From Neoechinorhynchus agilis (lineage: Eukaryota > Animalia > Acanthocephala), in the NCBI GenBank assembly GCA_051530055.1, contig CM121341.1, positions 10,022,784 to 10,086,783 of the forward strand: a DNA stretch of 64,000 nt, in the 5' to 3' direction. Below the pieces are notes generated by a model. It made no database searches. It had not been told where the DNA came from and worked only from the letters and a program-made list of their open reading frames with translations. Below, piece after piece: positions 60,113 through 64,000 of this stretch. How positions within the stretch are numbered: position 1 is the first letter of the stretch; the number at the start of each line of letters is the position of its first letter. Made by a program: the position numbers and the translations under genes.

Positions 60113-63100
60113 TTGATGTCCGCCGAAGAATGGAACAACAAAATGTTCTTCGCCAAATCTATTCCCATTATTTGCGTCGTTTCCGGTAGCTCTGAAGATA
60201 TTTCCTTTCTGGAATGGGTTCAAATAACAATGGAATCGAAGGCAATCGCTTATAAATCGACCGAACTGGAAACCATTTCGACGTTGAATTCTGTTCAAAG
60301 CATGAATTTCGGTGCTGGTCTCTCAATCGACCAATGGATACGCATCAACTTTTGTCCATCGTCCACGTTGAAATGGCCTTTATTAATCACAATCGCCCAA
60401 AGTCCTTCTGAAAACCTCCAACAAGCCCTTCGAGCTCAATTGGGTCAAACAAATCTAATTTGTTTTAGTACGTCCGACGTTCGTTCATACGCTTTCGAAA
60501 CCGTATTTTCGAATGATGAATGTGTTTTTGTTTATCTCGAATAAAAAACGCATTCAGGTACAAGGTTATTCCGAAGAGACTTTTCGTATTGCTGCTCTTC
60601 GTAACATTTCAGCGTCCATAGAAGCGCGAATTATGAGACTAAATCCGAGTTGTGATTGTCTTAAAATCTCTTGTCTCCGAGAAGCTCAAGGAAATCGGCA
60701 GTGTGCGTTAGCGGTAATACGAAACTCATCCCTGGATCCAAAGATGTTCGCACTCAGGACGTTGGTCTTATTGATGAATCAATTTAGCTTTGAAGAAGCG
60801 TACGCTTATTTCTATCATTTAATAACAATTGAAAATCGCCATTATGCTTGTGATATGTTTGCCAAACTTTTGGAAGGAGGTGATCGTTTAGAATGTTATG
60901 CAAAGGTTTGTGCTTATGGTGCCGAAAACAATCATCGATTAGCCGAAAAAGCATATGATGCCTACATGAAACTAGGACTACAGTCTAAGGCAAAAGCAGT
61001 TTTGAATTTCGAGCCACAATATCTAGAAATCAAGCACAACATCTTTGTAGAAGATGAGTGCTTTAAATTCAGCGTTTTGAAAAAAGTCATTTTGAATGGG
61101 AATGTTTTTGTAGAGTGATGCTGTAATCAATAGGCTAGAGATCTTTTCTTTAATAATACTTATTGAGAAGGTTGCAATCTCCAGGATAGTAGATGCAATC
61201 GTAATTACCCAAGTATATGGGTTCCACGCATTCGTGACTTTATGCTCGAATTTTTTAGTCGGTTCGAAAATGACATTTTTCACTAGATCAAAATCTATAG
61301 GCCGATTTCTTCTCATTTGACAATCTAAGACCAGAAATTGAGCGATTCAAGGCTCTTTATTGGGGTTTTTCGCGAATAGAAATGCTCGAATTTTTTTGTG
61401 GGTTTGAAAATGAAATTTGTCACTATATCAAAATCTATAGGCCGATTTCTTCTCTTTTGACAATCTTAGACCAGAAACTGAGCGCTTCGAAGCTCTTTAT
61501 TGAGTTTTTTCGCGAATAAAAATGCTCGAATTTTTTAGTCGGTTTGAAAATGACATTTTTAACTAGATCAAAATCTATCGCCGATTTCTTCTCGTTTGAC
61601 AATCTAAGACCAGAAATTAAGCGATTCAAGGCCCTTTATTGGGTTTTTTCGCGAATAAAAATGCTCGAATTTTTTAGTCGGTTTGAAAATGACATTTTTC
61701 ACTAGATCAAAATCTATAGGCCGATTTCTTCTCGAAAGCTCGAATTTTTTAGTTTGAAAATGAATTTTCACTAGATCAAAATCTATAGGCCGATTTCTTC
61801 TCTTTGACAATCTTAGACCAGAAACTAAGCGCTTCGAAGCTCTTTATTGAGTTCTTCGCGAATAGAAACGCTCGAATTTTTTAGTCGATTTGAAAATGAA
61901 ATTTTTTACTAGATCAAAATCTATAGGCCGATTTCTTCTCGTTTGACAATCTTAGACCAGAAATTGAGCGATTCAAGGCTCTTTATTGGGTTTTTTCGCG
62001 AATAAAAATGCTCGAATTTTTTAATGGGTTTGAAAATGAAATTTTCTACTAGATCAAAATGTATACGTCGATTTCTTCCCTTTTGACAATCTTAGACCAG
62101 AAACTAAGCGCTTCGAAGCTCTTTATTGAGTTTTTCGCGAATAGAAACGCTCGAATTTTTTAGTCCATTTGAAAATGAAATTTTTTACTAGATCAAAATC
62201 TATAGGCCGATTTCTTCTCGTTTGACAATCTTAGACCAGAAACTGGGCGCTTCGAAGCGCTCAGTTTCTGGTCTAAGAAACTGAGCGCTTAGAAGCTCTT
62301 TATTGGGTTTTTTTCGCGAATAAAAATGCTCGAATTTTTTAGTCGGTTTGAAAATGACATTTTTCAATAGATCAAAATCTATCGCCGATTTCTTCTCGTT
62401 TGACAATCTAAGACCAGAAATTAAGCGATTCAAGGCTCTTTATTGGGTTTTTTCGCGAATAAAAATACTCGAATTTTTTAGTGGATCATAAAATGACATT
62501 TTTCACTAGATCAAAATCTATAGGCCGATTTCTTCTCTTTTGACAATCTTAGACCAGAAACTGGGCGCTTCGAAGCTCTTTATTGGGTTTTTTCGCGAAT
62601 AAAAATGCTCGAATTTTCTAGTCGGTTTGAAAATGACATTTTTCACTAGATCAAAATCTATCGCCGATTTCTTCTCATTTGACAATCTAAGACCAGAAAT
62701 TGAGCGATTCAAGGCTCTTTATTGGGTTTTTTCGCGAATAGAAATGCTCGAATTTTTTAGCCGGTTTGAAAATGAAATTTGTCACTAGATCAAAATCTAT
62801 AGGCCGATTTCTTCTCGTTTGACAATCTTAGACCAGAAACTAAGCGCTTCGAAGCTCTTTATTGAGTTCTTTGCGAATAGAAACGCTCGAATTTTTTAGT
62901 CGATTTGAAAATGAAATTTTTTACTAGATCAAAATGTATAGGTCGATTTCTTCTCGTTTGACAATCTTGGACCAGAAATTAAGCGATTCAAGGCTCTTTA
63001 TTGCGTTTTTTTCGCGAATAAAAATACTCGAATTTTTTAGTGGATCATAAAATGACATTTTTCACTAGACGAAAATCTATCACTGATTTCCTCGTTTGAC

Positions 63101-63801
63101 AATCTAAGGCCAGAAACTGAGCCCAACGTTTACTCCTTATGGGTTCGCGGACCCGAGCGGATTCGGTTCTGTCGGTCAAGTGGCGACATTGTTTATTTAG
63201 ATGTTCGAGTAGACATCCGTCGCCCGCTTTATATGATAGACTGCACGGAAAAACTAATCAAAGTTAAATTGGATGATCTTTACCATAAAGATAGTCGTGT
63301 AATGATTGATCAAACTGGCGAATCATTGGAAAGTGGCCAAGTGGTCGGTCTTCTTCGTTGTAAATTTAAATCGACGATAGATTGGGTTTTGGAAAGTGAT
63401 TTGTTAGGACGCCGTGAGGGAAAACTCGAAATCCCGGATTCTATAACTCCTAAATGTCGATTGCTCTCTCCTTCATTGTGCTTTGTTCAACAACAATTTG
63501 AATTAAAAATCATTAATGAAGAAAATCTTTTTAAGTCATGGTGTCCTAAAGATTTTCTTTGTCTACAAACAATAAAAAAGTCGAAGTTCGGCGTTGCGAA
63601 GAAGACAGCAGTGCCGATTTGATTGTGATTGGATCGATAACTGAAGCCGATCATGGATTTGTCTGCAATGTAATTCCTTTACGACATGGACGGCTCAAAA
63701 TGCCAATGTTTCAATTTTCGTCGGAAAATCAGAGTTGGAGGAAGGTAGATTCCGCTGAGTATATTCTTTGTATTCATCAACACGATAACCCCGTGCTTTA
63801 A
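60113..63801 (+). CDS. Probable divergent, shortened TRAPPC10/Trs130-like gene, interrupted by a satellite array
   Basis: By-eye similarity to TRAPPC10: N-terminal 'FAKSIPIICVVSG...STLKWPLLITI', middle 'AYDAYMKLGLQSKAKAV', C-terminal 'LLGRREGKLEIP' and 'VIPLRHGRLKMP'. Exon boundaries are not fully resolved. Confidence 0.45.
61243..63120. repeat. Tandem satellite, 140-bp monomer, ~13 copies with largely alternating A/B variants
   Basis: CTCGAATTTTTT at 61245, 61385, 61525 and onward. Variants AATT(G/A)AGCGATTCAAGGC and AACT(G/A)AGCGCTTCGAAGC mostly alternate. Confidence 0.97.
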
Positions 63802-64000
63802 GTTTTTGGTAAGGAAAGAATAATTTTTATAGAAATTCGCATAAAAATAGGACGTTTGATCGTTGGAGATTGCTTAAATCGGCTTTTTCATTTGAGAGAT
63901 CATCTAAAAGAACCGTCGCTTTATGCACCGTAGAGGTTATTTGCAACATCAACAACGAAAACTATTTTTATCGGTTCCGAGGAGGCAATGGAGTATAAAG

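Noticed and set aside
1-63120. Tandem arrays as possible CRISPR loci
   Set aside because: Units are 140-300 bp with no unique spacers, there are no cas genes, and the context is eukaryotic.

Overview
Eukaryotic (metazoan) genomic DNA, AT-rich and gene-dense, with many very short introns (~40-60 nt). The organism cannot be identified from the window. Recognisable genes: an intronless FoxO-like forkhead gene carrying 16 tandem 300-bp (100-aa) coding repeats; a convergent pair of fukutin-like genes; a rhodopsin-family GPCR; an SLC46-type MFS transporter; a protocadherin-like gene; an eh1+C2H2 zinc-finger gene; MEPCE/Bin3; TMEM9; PRPF3; MRPL44; FAM32A; and a probable divergent TRAPPC10. Mobile and repetitive DNA: a decayed Penelope-like element, three pieces of CRE-clade (RT+REL) non-LTR retrotransposons, three tRNA-headed SINE copies, several MITE-like hairpins and five satellite families (254, 158, ~282, ~273 and 140 bp). 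Most notable: satellites whose monomers are long hairpins, apparent non-AG (U12-like) introns in PRPF3, an operon/trans-splicing-like MRPL44-FAM32A junction, a conversion-like identical patch between the fukutin paralogs, a CRE-associated duplication of the MEPCE 3' end, and a candidate Pol III ncRNA. No CRISPR, rRNA or intact tRNA gene was found. Family assignments come from motif recall, not database searches.
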